64,000 nt of DNA from IMG/VR virus record IMGVR_UViG_3300019487_000319, one strand, 5' to 3'. This document shows positions 17,653 through 26,892 of this stretch, piece after piece. Position 1 is the first letter of the stretch. Each line of letters opens with the position of its first letter. Below the pieces are notes generated by a model. That model had not been told where the DNA came from. It searched no databases and worked only from the letters and a program-made list of their open reading frames with translations. The position numbers and the translations under genes are program-made. The stretch is from a virus.

Positions 17653-18627
17653 TTAGAATTTATGGGTTTTTAACCCTCCCTTTTTTCCCTTGATAGGATT
17701 AGGTGCGGCAGAAGCATTGGTATCAATATATTTCTGAACCAATTGTTTGATATAAAGTCTTTCGGATTCCGTTCCGCCATCTTTATCAAACATTGGATAG
17801 ATGGATAATTCTGCTAACTCTTTAAGAGAAAATCCGTCAATAACCATCTGAGCCATTTCAATAACAATACCGGTGGGAATGAATCGGGAAATAGGAGCGT
17901 CGTCTAATTTAGCCTGTTTCTTTGTATCATGTGAAATATTACAAATATCATTGAAGTAGTCCTTGTTTTCTTCAAAATCATTTTCAAATAAAATTTTCAA
18001 TAACTTCATCTCTCCGTCAAAATCCAACGGTTCCATTTCAACGATGACCGGAAATCGACGAGACGTGGCTTCATCGATGACTTTCGTTGCGGTATATTGT
18101 AATCCTATGTTTGTAGTAGAAACAAACGTAATACTGGTAGGAATCTTGATGATTGAGGATTCTACTGATTCATCCAACCGTAAATATCTTTGTGTAGAAT
18201 CCAAGACCGGCATCAATATATTCCAAGCATCATGATGTCCACGAGAAAGTTCATCTAGTAGAATTACTGCATTCTCAGTTTGTATTGCTCTAACAAATTC
18301 CGATGGATTAAATATCGTTCCTTGCTCTTTTTTGAATGTGGTATTTCCAATAAGTGTTGCCCGGGCATCTTGTGTAGAACCAAGATTGAAATAGAAGAAG
18401 GGTCTATTCAATGCTTTTGCGACGGATTGAGCGGCTTTGGTTTTTCCGCATCTTGTCGGTCCTACTATTAAAACGTTTCGACCTCGTAACACTGCCCATA
18501 CCAAACCCTTCCATTGTGTTTCGTCTATAATCAAATCCTTTGGAATTAAAGACTTGGAATCAGTAAGCATTTGCGTAACATCTACGTTTGACATATCGTT
18601 GAGAATGGAGTTTTTCATTACCTCCAT
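17653..18627 (-). CDS. CobS/MoxR-type AAA+ ATPase
   Basis: Walker A is VLIVGPTRCGKTKAA and Walker B is VILLDELSR. At 324 aa it is adjacent to the VWA protein, as in CobS/CobT and MoxR/VWA pairs. Confidence 0.75.
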   Translation of the reverse strand: MEVMKNSILNDMSNVDVTQMLTDSKSLIPKDLIIDETQWKGLVWAVLRGRNVLIVGPTRCGKTKAAQSVAKALNRPFFYFNLGSTQDARATLIGNTTFKKEQGTIFNPSEFVRAIQTENAVILLDELSRGHHDAWNILMPVLDSTQRYLRLDESVESSIIKIPTSITFVSTTNIGLQYTATKVIDEATSRRFPVIVEMEPLDFDGEMKLLKILFENDFEENKDYFNDICNISHDTKKQAKLDDAPISRFIPTGIVIEMAQMVIDGFSLKELAELSIYPMFDKDGGTESERLYIKQLVQKYIDTNASAAPNPIKGKKGGLKTHKF

Positions 18628-18656
18628 ACTATTCCATACTTTTTATACAATGTCAA

Positions 18657-18688
18657 GAAAGAAAAAACGTGTTGTGAACCAACACGTT
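18657..18688 (-). terminator. rho-independent terminator after 18706-19209
   Basis: The minus strand reads AACGTGTTGgttcaCAACACGTT (9-bp stem) followed by TTTTTCTTTCTT. A TTGACA box follows immediately. Confidence 0.6.
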
Positions 18689-18705
18689 CTATATTAGAAA
18701 GCGAA

Positions 18706-19209
18706 TTAAGCTACCGGTGCAGTAGGGGCCGGTGGTGTTGCGGCTGCCGGTGCTGGTGTAGGTTCACCCGTAGGAATGGTATCGGATTCGTAACGAGCCA
18801 TTCTCTCAAGAATATTTTCAAGTTTTTCATATTCAGGAAACTCTGAAAATCTCGATTGAATTCCTTCTCCATTGTTTGCATTTTTTACTGTTCTAACAAA
18901 AATAACAGGCATCGTATGAGACGGAGAAAAATAAACACTTTCTACTACATCAATATCATTATCCGTAATATAATGTCTCGTGTATGCATGATGATTGGCA
19001 TCCCATTTGAATCCGAATAATTCCAATGAATCTAAGTGGAGTTGTTCTGTAGCCTGCTGACCATCGACGATTTGGGGGACAGGGAATTTCATTTTCATAA
19101 ATCCCAATTCCTTCAACGTCTCAATTTGGTCTTCGGTAAAAGCATCCATTCCTTTCAATACTTCACGAATGGTTTCTTTTATTAATGCTTTAATCTCATG
19201 TTTTTTCAT
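18706..19209 (-). CDS. hypothetical protein with a conserved N-terminal leader (candidate virion-internal protein)
   Basis: 167 aa. The N-terminus MKKHEIKALIKETIREVL is shared with the next two genes. The tail is PT/A-rich. Confidence 0.55.
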   Translation of the reverse strand: MKKHEIKALIKETIREVLKGMDAFTEDQIETLKELGFMKMKFPVPQIVDGQQATEQLHLDSLELFGFKWDANHHAYTRHYITDNDIDVVESVYFSPSHTMPVIFVRTVKNANNGEGIQSRFSEFPEYEKLENILERMARYESDTIPTGEPTPAPAAATPPAPTAPVA

Positions 19210-19210
19210 A

Positions 19211-19477
19211 TTATTTCTTGAATCCTAATCCGGCCACGTCACCTATTCCAGCTATGAATTTTCCGATCTTATCACTCCAATTAGCATTTCGTGCAGACCT
19301 CCATCCGTGTTTAAATCCAGCTTTAAATTCTTCAGACATGTGTGAATAGTCTCCGGCTTCTCCCTTTAGATGGTCGTTCATTCCTTGTCTAAATCCTTTT
19401 TTGTATTCGTTGGATTTTCCAGATAAATCAGTAGTAATTATCTCTTTAATGACTTGTTTAAGTTCATCCCTCTTCAT
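19211..19477 (-). CDS. hypothetical protein with a conserved N-terminal leader
   Basis: 88 aa, N-terminus MKRDELKQVIKEIITTDL. Confidence 0.55.
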   Translation of the reverse strand: MKRDELKQVIKEIITTDLSGKSNEYKKGFRQGMNDHLKGEAGDYSHMSEEFKAGFKHGWRSARNANWSDKIGKFIAGIGDVAGLGFKK

Positions 19478-19481
19478 ATCA

Positions 19482-20270
19482 TTATTTTAATTTAGGTGTT
19501 TTCTTAGGATTTACTACCAATTTTTTATCAACCTTATGTTTCAGAGGCTTGACTTTGTTCTCAGTTTCCTTGAAATCTCTTTGGTGCTTGATATCCTTTT
19601 CATCTACCGTTTTCATTGGTTGATTTGGCTGGTCTTCATCCTTTTTGACTGCCTTCTCATTGTAATCTTTTTCATCGTTTTTGGTGTCGCCGACTTCTTT
19701 TCTTTTTGGCTTATTATGTTGTGGCAAATCACTCTTGTCTGATTTATCTTCCAAATGGTTCATCGCCTTTTCTCTTGCTTGGTCCACCTTCGTATCCTCT
19801 ACATCTTGGAAATTAGCTTTTACAAAATTCTTTACTTGTTCCCACGTCAAGGCTATGGCACGAACTCGGTCATCGAGATTTACCATTGCTTCAATGTTGA
19901 ACATGTCTTCGGCAGTTTGAGAAATACGAACACGGAGTAGCGGCTTTGCATCTACATTTAAATCGTTATGGTCATCCCAATAAACCAAAAAATCTTTATC
20001 AATTTCTTTTACAATTTTACTAAGTTGATCCATCATTTCGGCTCTAGTTGCATCCAATCGTTCGTTACCCGTTTTCTTATATCCCTTATCGATGGTTTCT
20101 TTTTCTTCTTTGGTTGGTTCGGGTTTTGTTACGTTGGTTATTTCAGATAAAACCTTCTTGACAATTTTTCGTAACGACTCCTTGACAACTTGTTTTTTAG
20201 ACGTGGCTCTCTCGGTTAGGACTTCATCCCAAGATTCTCTTACAAGTTTTTTTAATTGGTCTTTATTCAT
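19482..20270 (-). CDS. hypothetical highly charged protein with a conserved N-terminal leader
   Basis: 262 aa, N-terminus MNKDQLKKLVRESWDEVL. The remainder is Lys/Glu/Asp-rich. Confidence 0.55.
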   Translation of the reverse strand: MNKDQLKKLVRESWDEVLTERATSKKQVVKESLRKIVKKVLSEITNVTKPEPTKEEKETIDKGYKKTGNERLDATRAEMMDQLSKIVKEIDKDFLVYWDDHNDLNVDAKPLLRVRISQTAEDMFNIEAMVNLDDRVRAIALTWEQVKNFVKANFQDVEDTKVDQAREKAMNHLEDKSDKSDLPQHNKPKRKEVGDTKNDEKDYNEKAVKKDEDQPNQPMKTVDEKDIKHQRDFKETENKVKPLKHKVDKKLVVNPKKTPKLK

Positions 20271-20304
20271 ATTTATCTCCGATATGAGTATAAATATTAC
20301 AAAG

Positions 20305-21078
20305 TCAACTAAAAAACGGATTTTCGGTCTTATTATCGACTTTGATTTCCTCTATTTGTTCCTTATAGATAGTATCTTTTGGATAGGGTAAAAATGGGTG
20401 TTTTAGATTGGCTAATATTTTCTTCTTTTCGACCTTATTTCCCAATAAATACACATATCGATGTTTGGTGGATTCTTTTTTCCTCCAGAACGTTTTACCG
20501 ATGGTCTTTTTCAAATGTTCTACGTTATGAGAACCATAAGTGGAAAAGGCGGTTCTTGAATGCATCCATTTATACGGTGGCCCGATTTCTGAAATAGAAT
20601 AATTAGGCATTAAAGCTAATGAAGAATTCCCTTGATAGTAAAATCCTGAAGCCTGATAGATGGTTCCTCTGTGACCTTGTTCATTATCAGCATAACTTAT
20701 TACGGCTTTAACGTTAGGAAGATGCTTTGTCAACATCGATAAAGTCTTTGATATACAATAACTTTCTATATTTTTGCCGTATCCATCATAAATGACTAAT
20801 CGGGTTAATTCCGTAACTTGTTCCAAGGTTATGAGTGGAGATATAGATTCGGCTGCACTTCTTCCAACCGGGCCGCCGTAGATGACTGTTCCGATTAATT
20901 TTTCCTCATTGCCTTCAATGAATTGGGAGGGAGTTTTTGTATTAATGAAGATACCAAAAGCCACATCACATAGGGTCCATTTGTGACTATAATGATTTTT
21001 TTCGACAAATGATTTACCTATATCTTTAGGAATTACCCGTATTGACACGAGTGATGTATCGACATAACCTTCTTCCAT
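20305..21078 (-). CDS. Mom-like acyltransferase-fold protein (candidate DNA-base-modifying enzyme)
   Basis: FVEKNHYSHKW, AFGIF, IGTVIYGGPVGR, ELTRLVI..GYGKNIESY and VISYADNEQGHRGTIYQASGFYYQG. This block order is that of the phage Mu Mom family as I recall it. Confidence 0.6.
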   Translation of the reverse strand: MEEGYVDTSLVSIRVIPKDIGKSFVEKNHYSHKWTLCDVAFGIFINTKTPSQFIEGNEEKLIGTVIYGGPVGRSAAESISPLITLEQVTELTRLVIYDGYGKNIESYCISKTLSMLTKHLPNVKAVISYADNEQGHRGTIYQASGFYYQGNSSLALMPNYSISEIGPPYKWMHSRTAFSTYGSHNVEHLKKTIGKTFWRKKESTKHRYVYLLGNKVEKKKILANLKHPFLPYPKDTIYKEQIEEIKVDNKTENPFFS

Positions 21079-21092
21079 AACTTCTTTTAAAG

Positions 21093-21389
21093 TTACACCA
21101 GTTTGGATTCCAACAAAAGATTTTTTAATTCGGTTTCGTTTTTATATATTACCAGCTTAATGTGAGGGTGGACGCTTTGGATATAATTCTTTAAAAACGT
21201 TGTTAGTGAAACCGACCCGTTCTGATGAATGAATCCTATACTACATGCATCTACTTTACCCATATTTACATCCAACAAAAAACTTTTATAGTCGTTATAT
21301 GCATTTGTTACACATTTAACAGAGGATATTGTTGATTTTACATTGTTTTTTTCGTCGAAGATGAAAGCTTTTAATTTTGGAGTATTCAT
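21093..21389 (-). CDS. hypothetical protein
   Basis: 98-aa ORF, co-oriented with its neighbours. Confidence 0.5.
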   Translation of the reverse strand: MNTPKLKAFIFDEKNNVKSTISSVKCVTNAYNDYKSFLLDVNMGKVDACSIGFIHQNGSVSLTTFLKNYIQSVHPHIKLVIYKNETELKNLLLESKLV

Positions 21390-21394
21390 TGTTG

Positions 21395-21763
21395 TTACTT
21401 GTTTTCCAACTCGGAAATCCGGGTTTTTTGACGAAGAATTTCTTCTTCATTGATAGAGTTTTGTTTGTTAAGGAGAGTGATTTCTCCCTCACAACGTTCC
21501 AATAACTCTTTAGTATGAGTGAGTTCAATAGTCATCGACTCAATTTTTTTCTTATACTCCGAAACTTCTTCTTGAGACTTTTCTAGTTCTTCCCAAATTT
21601 CCTTCCTCATTTGAGCTTCCGCATTAGTCACCGACTCTATTGCTCTTACCTGCATATCCGTCATTAGTTTCATCTGTTGTAATCTAACTCGTTTATTAGC
21701 AATAAAATACGTAACAATCATTGTTATTAGAGCCGGTATAATCGTTGCTAATAATTCCATCAT
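21395..21763 (-). CDS. N-terminally membrane-anchored coiled-coil protein
   Basis: MMELLATIIPALITMIVTYFIA followed by a heptad-like charged region. Same architecture as 12790-13059. Confidence 0.5.
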   Translation of the reverse strand: MMELLATIIPALITMIVTYFIANKRVRLQQMKLMTDMQVRAIESVTNAEAQMRKEIWEELEKSQEEVSEYKKKIESMTIELTHTKELLERCEGEITLLNKQNSINEEEILRQKTRISELENK

Positions 21764-21833
21764 ATAAGAAATCGCCCACCTTATGTGGACTCATATTATA
21801 AATATGATTGGGTTTTTCTAAAACTATAAAGAA

Positions 21834-24800
21834 TTAAGATTTTGGTTTGATTTCGCAAACATCATTGCTGCAAAACCTTTCTACGTCCGCTTCTTCGTGT
21901 TTTATTCCTTTAAACCTCACAGGTTTTAATTTAGAGGATAGTTCATCGTAAGTTTCAATAGAAATGGTTTCGTAGGGCATCTGTTCGTATGCACCCTTTT
22001 CTGTAATAGGCAAAAATGAAATACCTTTTAGTTGATATTGATAGAAATTTAAAAGATGTTTGATTTGGTTCGCTTCATCCTTTCTAAAAGAAATGGTACA
22101 TGAAACTTGATTGTCTGCCCAATATCTTTGTAAGAACGCTGCCAGTGCAGCTTGTTCCCATATACTTACATCTTTAACTGGTCTTAGATTATCACCAATC
22201 TTGACAGGAATTTCTACAACAACAGTGGTATCTTCCGACCCCTTACAATCTTCGATGTGATATCCGGCTTCTTTTAATGGTCCAACTAAATCACTATATT
22301 TTGAAAGTCGCATTCTCCTTATGTAACAAACATTTTCTGGAAAATGAACGCCGGGGGTCGCACCGGCGACCAAACTCACCGTTCCACTTGGTTTGATAGA
22401 AGTCTTCTTTATACTTTTTGGTATGGCTAACCAATCGGAATATACTTCATCATAATACTCAATTTTTTTGTATCCCTTTTCGCACCATGTTTTAAATTCG
22501 TCTATTCCACGGTTAGCTAAAAATTGAACTATACCACTCATACTACAACCTATTCTTCTATTTCTTAACATTACTCTATTAGTTTCCGGCCAATGAGTTT
22601 GACCCAACGTCACTGTCTTGGCATACAAATATGCATATTTAAGTGTAACGAGAAAATCATCAAGATTTTCATGATTATTTGGGAATGTTTCAACTAAGCA
22701 GCATAATTCATAGCTTTCCAATGATTGTTCGAGACAATTGATTATTATAATCCCATCTACTTGATTATCAGAAACTTGTGTAATAATTGAATAATTATAA
22801 TTATCATCTACTGTAATGTTATATACATCTTCTTTTTCTGATAAAAATGTCACCGATTTAACTCGATGATTGTATCCTTTTTCTTTTTCAATTAATTCTT
22901 TGTAGCTTTTTAGAACGTAAGGATTTTCGGTTTTAAGAGATTCTGGATTTCTTATTCTAAAAGAAATTTTTCTATTTCGGCATTCTCTTTCCCATTCTTT
23001 CTTTAAAGGATTCCTATCCAAAGATTGTTTCAAGTCTTTGAATATCATAATTTGTTGATGTAATGTGTCTCTTTGTTTATTCTCAAAGTGGATCTTCTGC
23101 CCCTCTTTTCTAAATTTGATTTGTCCTTCGTGTTTATTTTGACATGAATGTGAACAAAATACAACATGGCGACTTCCCCAAGATACTATCATTTCATCAT
23201 TACATGTAATACATTTCTTCTTTGCAAACATTCGTTCGTTTACCCAAACTGTTTCTAAATCTGTCTTTTTTGATTGTTCTATATAGTATTCTTTATCCCA
23301 TTCTTTTTTATTTTTTTTCATTTTTGATGAATATAGTTCTCTACATTCGTCAGTATGAGAATTGGACAATCTTTTTAAATACTCTACATCTTTGCATCTT
23401 TCTTTCGTTTTTTCTCCAATTAATTTTTTCGATTCTTCCGTATGTTGTCTTCCAAACATAGGATTGTTTTCTCCTTGATTATCGTGGTCAGCATGAAATT
23501 TACAATGATCCTTAAATGTCATTAATTCTAGGTTATCTATAGAATTATTTAATCCATTATAATCTTTGTGATGAACAACTATTCCACCTTTACACCACCC
23601 ATTTGATTTCGATTCATTATATAGTTCGTTCCATTTTTCTGGATTGTGAAATTTAACAATTAAACGATGTTCCATTTCTCTTTTCCTTTTTACATCATTT
23701 GTATCCATGCTTACAATATAATATTTATTAGGATTATCCTTAAACATCTTTTCTTTTCTTTTTTGAAATCTTGGAAGAGAGTCTCCAATTTTTAAATCTT
23801 TAGCACGACACGTTTCTCCATTTAATAAAATCATTTTGTGGTCTGGAGTGACTCTTAATTTTCCTCCTTCTTCAAATTCTATTTCTACCAATTCTGCATT
23901 TTCTCTAGTCTTTCTTGGATTTCTTCCCCACTTTATTTCTACCATTCCACTTTTATTCATAGAATATACTGCAACATCATTTCCTTCTTCTGCTAATTCT
24001 TTTATAGAAACTGCATTTCTTCCGTCTGCAACTGCAATGAGAGTGTCTCCGGTTAAACAAGGATTACCCCCTTCAACCCGATGGTCTTTGTGGTCCATTC
24101 CATTATTCATCCTTGAATATCCTTTCATATTTTCCAACCAAGCATATCCCGGCTCACCATTTACTTTAGTTCTCTCGGCAGCATTGGAATAATCCATTCC
24201 CAAATCACAAAAGATAGAATTGTTTGATGTCCATCCATATTCAGACCGATGTGGATTCTTTTTATAATTTTTTAAATCCAAATATTCTTCTGAGTTGTAG
24301 TCACCAAATACAATTTCAGCCGTTCTTCTTACATTTCCAGCAACAACACACTTTCCAATAAGATTCATAACATCAACAATAGTAGTTGTTGTTATTAGGT
24401 GTCCTACATTTTTATCAAAAATTACACGAAGGGTTTTATGAAGTTCAATCAAGGGTTGAGAACCGGATGAAACACCACCGAACCCTTTAATTGGTTCGCC
24501 CGCGGCTCTTATTAATGAATAATCGAAATGAACTTCCTTGGTTTCAAGTAGATAGGATTCGATTAAAAGTTTTGTTGATTCGACCCAACCCTCTCTCGTA
24601 TCAGCAATTTTATAAATATTGTCGGGTGATGGGCTTGGTTTCCCTACTTTAATTTTCCCTGACCCTTTACAATCAAATCCAACACCAACACCCAACATTG
24701 ACATATCCATCAAAAAACAGAATGATTTTGACACATCCTCTTTTATGGTTGAGGTCGAAACGAATGCACAGTTATTTAGTGCGGCATATAAATGTCTTTC

Positions 24801-25133
24801 TTCGGTTATGGGGCTTCCCATCGACCACAATCCTCTTCCGGGAGGAAGAAATTTCATATTGAACATTCTATCATACATCTCTTGGGCAGATTTTTGAGCC
24901 TTTATTGAATTCCATCCAAGTTTATGTTGTTCAATCCATACCTTTTGCATGTTGAACGTTCCTTCTACTACTCGTTGAATTGTTTCCCACCATCTTTCAT
25001 TATCTCCATTGGCTTTCAAACGGGAGTATGTTCTTAAATAAACTAATGCACCTAGTCCATTGAATCCGAACGGTGGTTTTTGTCTTTTATATTTATCGAG
25101 GAAGCTATCAGTCAGCCGAAATTTACCATCCAT
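21834..25133 (-). CDS. nrdJ: class II (B12-dependent type) ribonucleotide reductase precursor, interrupted by an intein
   Basis: RTYSRL...ERWWETIQRVVEG at the N-terminus and a C-terminal Cys pair (CSNDVCE). The active-site motif GGNP/CLEQSLESYELC is split by 441 aa. The exteins total 658 aa. Confidence 0.85.
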   Translation of the reverse strand: MDGKFRLTDSFLDKYKRQKPPFGFNGLGALVYLRTYSRLKANGDNERWWETIQRVVEGTFNMQKVWIEQHKLGWNSIKAQKSAQEMYDRMFNMKFLPPGRGLWSMGSPITEERHLYAALNNCAFVSTSTIKEDVSKSFCFLMDMSMLGVGVGFDCKGSGKIKVGKPSPSPDNIYKIADTREGWVESTKLLIESYLLETKEVHFDYSLIRAAGEPIKGFGGVSSGSQPLIELHKTLRVIFDKNVGHLITTTTIVDVMNLIGKCVVAGNVRRTAEIVFGDYNSEEYLDLKNYKKNPHRSEYGWTSNNSIFCDLGMDYSNAAERTKVNGEPGYAWLENMKGYSRMNNGMDHKDHRVEGGNPCLTGDTLIAVADGRNAVSIKELAEEGNDVAVYSMNKSGMVEIKWGRNPRKTRENAELVEIEFEEGGKLRVTPDHKMILLNGETCRAKDLKIGDSLPRFQKRKEKMFKDNPNKYYIVSMDTNDVKRKREMEHRLIVKFHNPEKWNELYNESKSNGWCKGGIVVHHKDYNGLNNSIDNLELMTFKDHCKFHADHDNQGENNPMFGRQHTEESKKLIGEKTKERCKDVEYLKRLSNSHTDECRELYSSKMKKNKKEWDKEYYIEQSKKTDLETVWVNERMFAKKKCITCNDEMIVSWGSRHVVFCSHSCQNKHEGQIKFRKEGQKIHFENKQRDTLHQQIMIFKDLKQSLDRNPLKKEWERECRNRKISFRIRNPESLKTENPYVLKSYKELIEKEKGYNHRVKSVTFLSEKEDVYNITVDDNYNYSIITQVSDNQVDGIIIINCLEQSLESYELCCLVETFPNNHENLDDFLVTLKYAYLYAKTVTLGQTHWPETNRVMLRNRRIGCSMSGIVQFLANRGIDEFKTWCEKGYKKIEYYDEVYSDWLAIPKSIKKTSIKPSGTVSLVAGATPGVHFPENVCYIRRMRLSKYSDLVGPLKEAGYHIEDCKGSEDTTVVVEIPVKIGDNLRPVKDVSIWEQAALAAFLQRYWADNQVSCTISFRKDEANQIKHLLNFYQYQLKGISFLPITEKGAYEQMPYETISIETYDELSSKLKPVRFKGIKHEEADVERFCSNDVCEIKPKS
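22737..24059 (-). mobile_element. intein (441 aa) carrying an HNH homing endonuclease with a NUMOD3-like motif
   Basis: It begins with Cys1 (CLTGDTLIAV, codon TGT at 24059-24057) and has block B RVTPDHKM. The HNH region is VVHHKDYNGLNNSIDNLELMTFKDHCKFH, followed by GENNPMFGRQHTEESKK. It ends VYNITVDD...GIIIIN, followed by the +1 Cys (codon at 22736-22734). Confidence 0.85.
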
Positions 25134-25260
25134 AATTATTCATCTTTTCAATTTTTAATTCAGTATTGACTAATAATTATTTTGCTAAATACAATTAGTT
25201 CAAGAAATTATTTATTACCAAAAAATATTTATTGGCGTTTACTTTTTCTGAAAAGTACTA

Positions 25261-26673
25261 TCAGTTGAAATCATCATCGCTAGGAATTTCTGCTTCGTCT
25301 AACGACTTATTTTTCTTAATTTTATTCCACTGGTCCCTAAGAACATTTTTAACTGTATCTTCGGCACTGCTCATCTTTTGTTGAACTTCGATTCCTTCTC
25401 TCGTAGCGGGGTCAAACACTTGAATGTTTCCGTTAGATGAATCAAATATTGTTGGGAATGTCAAACCATCGGCACCGAAACGATTCTTCATTATATGAAT
25501 TCTTGCCGTCCCGGAGGCTTTGTCTTCCATTTTTCTTGATAAAGATAAAATTAAATCTCCGGTCATAATTTTTCTATAAGAATCGGCTACATTATGAGCT
25601 TGGATGACATCTTCTTCATGTGAAGAACGATTAGATTGAGATGCCGTCCAAATAGGAATCTGAAGTTCACCGGCAACGGCACGGAGTTCTTCATAGACAC
25701 TACCGGCTTCAGAATATGAGTTAGAATTCCTTTCAGCTGTCATTGGTCTTAATAAGTCCGCATAATCTACAACAGCCATATCAATTTTTTCTCCGGTTAA
25801 CATTTGAATCCTCTCAATGTGAGTCTTTAAATTATGAGGAGCAATGGTTTTCATTGGAAAATACTTAATAAAAAGTTTTCCAGTAACCTCGGCAATCTTT
25901 TTCTTAACTACATCAACATTCTTTCTTATACTTTGAAAGTCAATTCCTGTGAAGCAGGCATCATATCTTAATCCGACATAATTTTCATTTAATTCCAAGG
26001 TAAAGTGAACAACGTTTTTACCTTTCTTCATTGCCTCGGCACCTAATCTAGCCAATACCCATGATTTACCCGAACCAGCAGGAGCCACTATAAATGCTAA
26101 TTCACCCTTAGCCAAACCACCATCACAAACTTGGTCTATAATATCCCATCCAGTTGGAACTGTGTCTCTAGCCATTTCACTCATACGCTTTTCAACGTCT
26201 TCAAAATAAACGTGGCCCAGATTTCTTTCGGTTCCAGCCTTCAAGGCTTCATCAATGACGACTTTTATGTTTTCGTATTGTCCCTGTTTTAAATAATCCA
26301 CCGAATTAAGAATAGCGTTTTTCAATTTTTGATTTTTGCAAAATTCCAAAAAGGTTTCTTTTACAAACTTTAAATCAGTATCGTTTATCTTACTATAAAC
26401 CAACTTCAACTGGTCTATTGCTGACCGTTTTAATACTTCATTCTCTATTGAATCGGATTTTATTTTGAATACGTTAAGTGTAGGAATGTCTTTGTATTGC
26501 ACAAAATATTCCTTCGTGGTTTCAACTATCCATTTATTTGCATCGGTTTCCCAATATTCTACATTGAGAATGTCGAAAATTCGTTCCAAAAATAATCGGT
26601 CTGAAGTCAATGCTGTTACGCATTTGGTTTGAAATTCCTGTCCAAATTTCTTGAGATTATCTATTTCTGCCAT
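25261..26673 (-). CDS. replicative DNA helicase (DnaB / T4 gp41 family)
   Basis: Walker A is FIVAPAGSGKSW and Walker B is DMAVVDYADLL. IWTASQSNR is also present. 470 aa. Confidence 0.8.
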   Translation of the reverse strand: MAEIDNLKKFGQEFQTKCVTALTSDRLFLERIFDILNVEYWETDANKWIVETTKEYFVQYKDIPTLNVFKIKSDSIENEVLKRSAIDQLKLVYSKINDTDLKFVKETFLEFCKNQKLKNAILNSVDYLKQGQYENIKVVIDEALKAGTERNLGHVYFEDVEKRMSEMARDTVPTGWDIIDQVCDGGLAKGELAFIVAPAGSGKSWVLARLGAEAMKKGKNVVHFTLELNENYVGLRYDACFTGIDFQSIRKNVDVVKKKIAEVTGKLFIKYFPMKTIAPHNLKTHIERIQMLTGEKIDMAVVDYADLLRPMTAERNSNSYSEAGSVYEELRAVAGELQIPIWTASQSNRSSHEEDVIQAHNVADSYRKIMTGDLILSLSRKMEDKASGTARIHIMKNRFGADGLTFPTIFDSSNGNIQVFDPATREGIEVQQKMSSAEDTVKNVLRDQWNKIKKNKSLDEAEIPSDDDFN

Positions 26674-26892
26674 ACTTTATTCTTTCTATGTTATTGATGT
26701 ACTGTATCATCCGTACCTTTGGTGTAAACTTAAAATAACCTCGGATGATGAGGATATTGATTTGTATTATGTAGAAGTACTTTTTACATAAATGTCCCTG
26801 TAATTTTATTTTGACTTTTTTGTTTTTGATGATACTTATATTATGAAATCGCCTGTAGAGGCGCTCAACAATTAAAAGAAAGAGATAAGATT

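Noticed and set aside
21316-21528. 70-aa ORF overlapping both 21093-21389 and 21395-21763.
   Set aside because: It bridges two well-packed co-oriented ORFs in a third frame and has no independent start context.
25134-25260. A TTGACT box and an AT-rich hairpin (tactttt/aaaagta) between the RNR and helicase genes, considered as a promoter and terminator.
   Set aside because: The TTGACT is on the plus strand, pointing antisense into the helicase gene, with a poor -10. The hairpin is 7 bp, almost entirely A-T, and has no T-tract.
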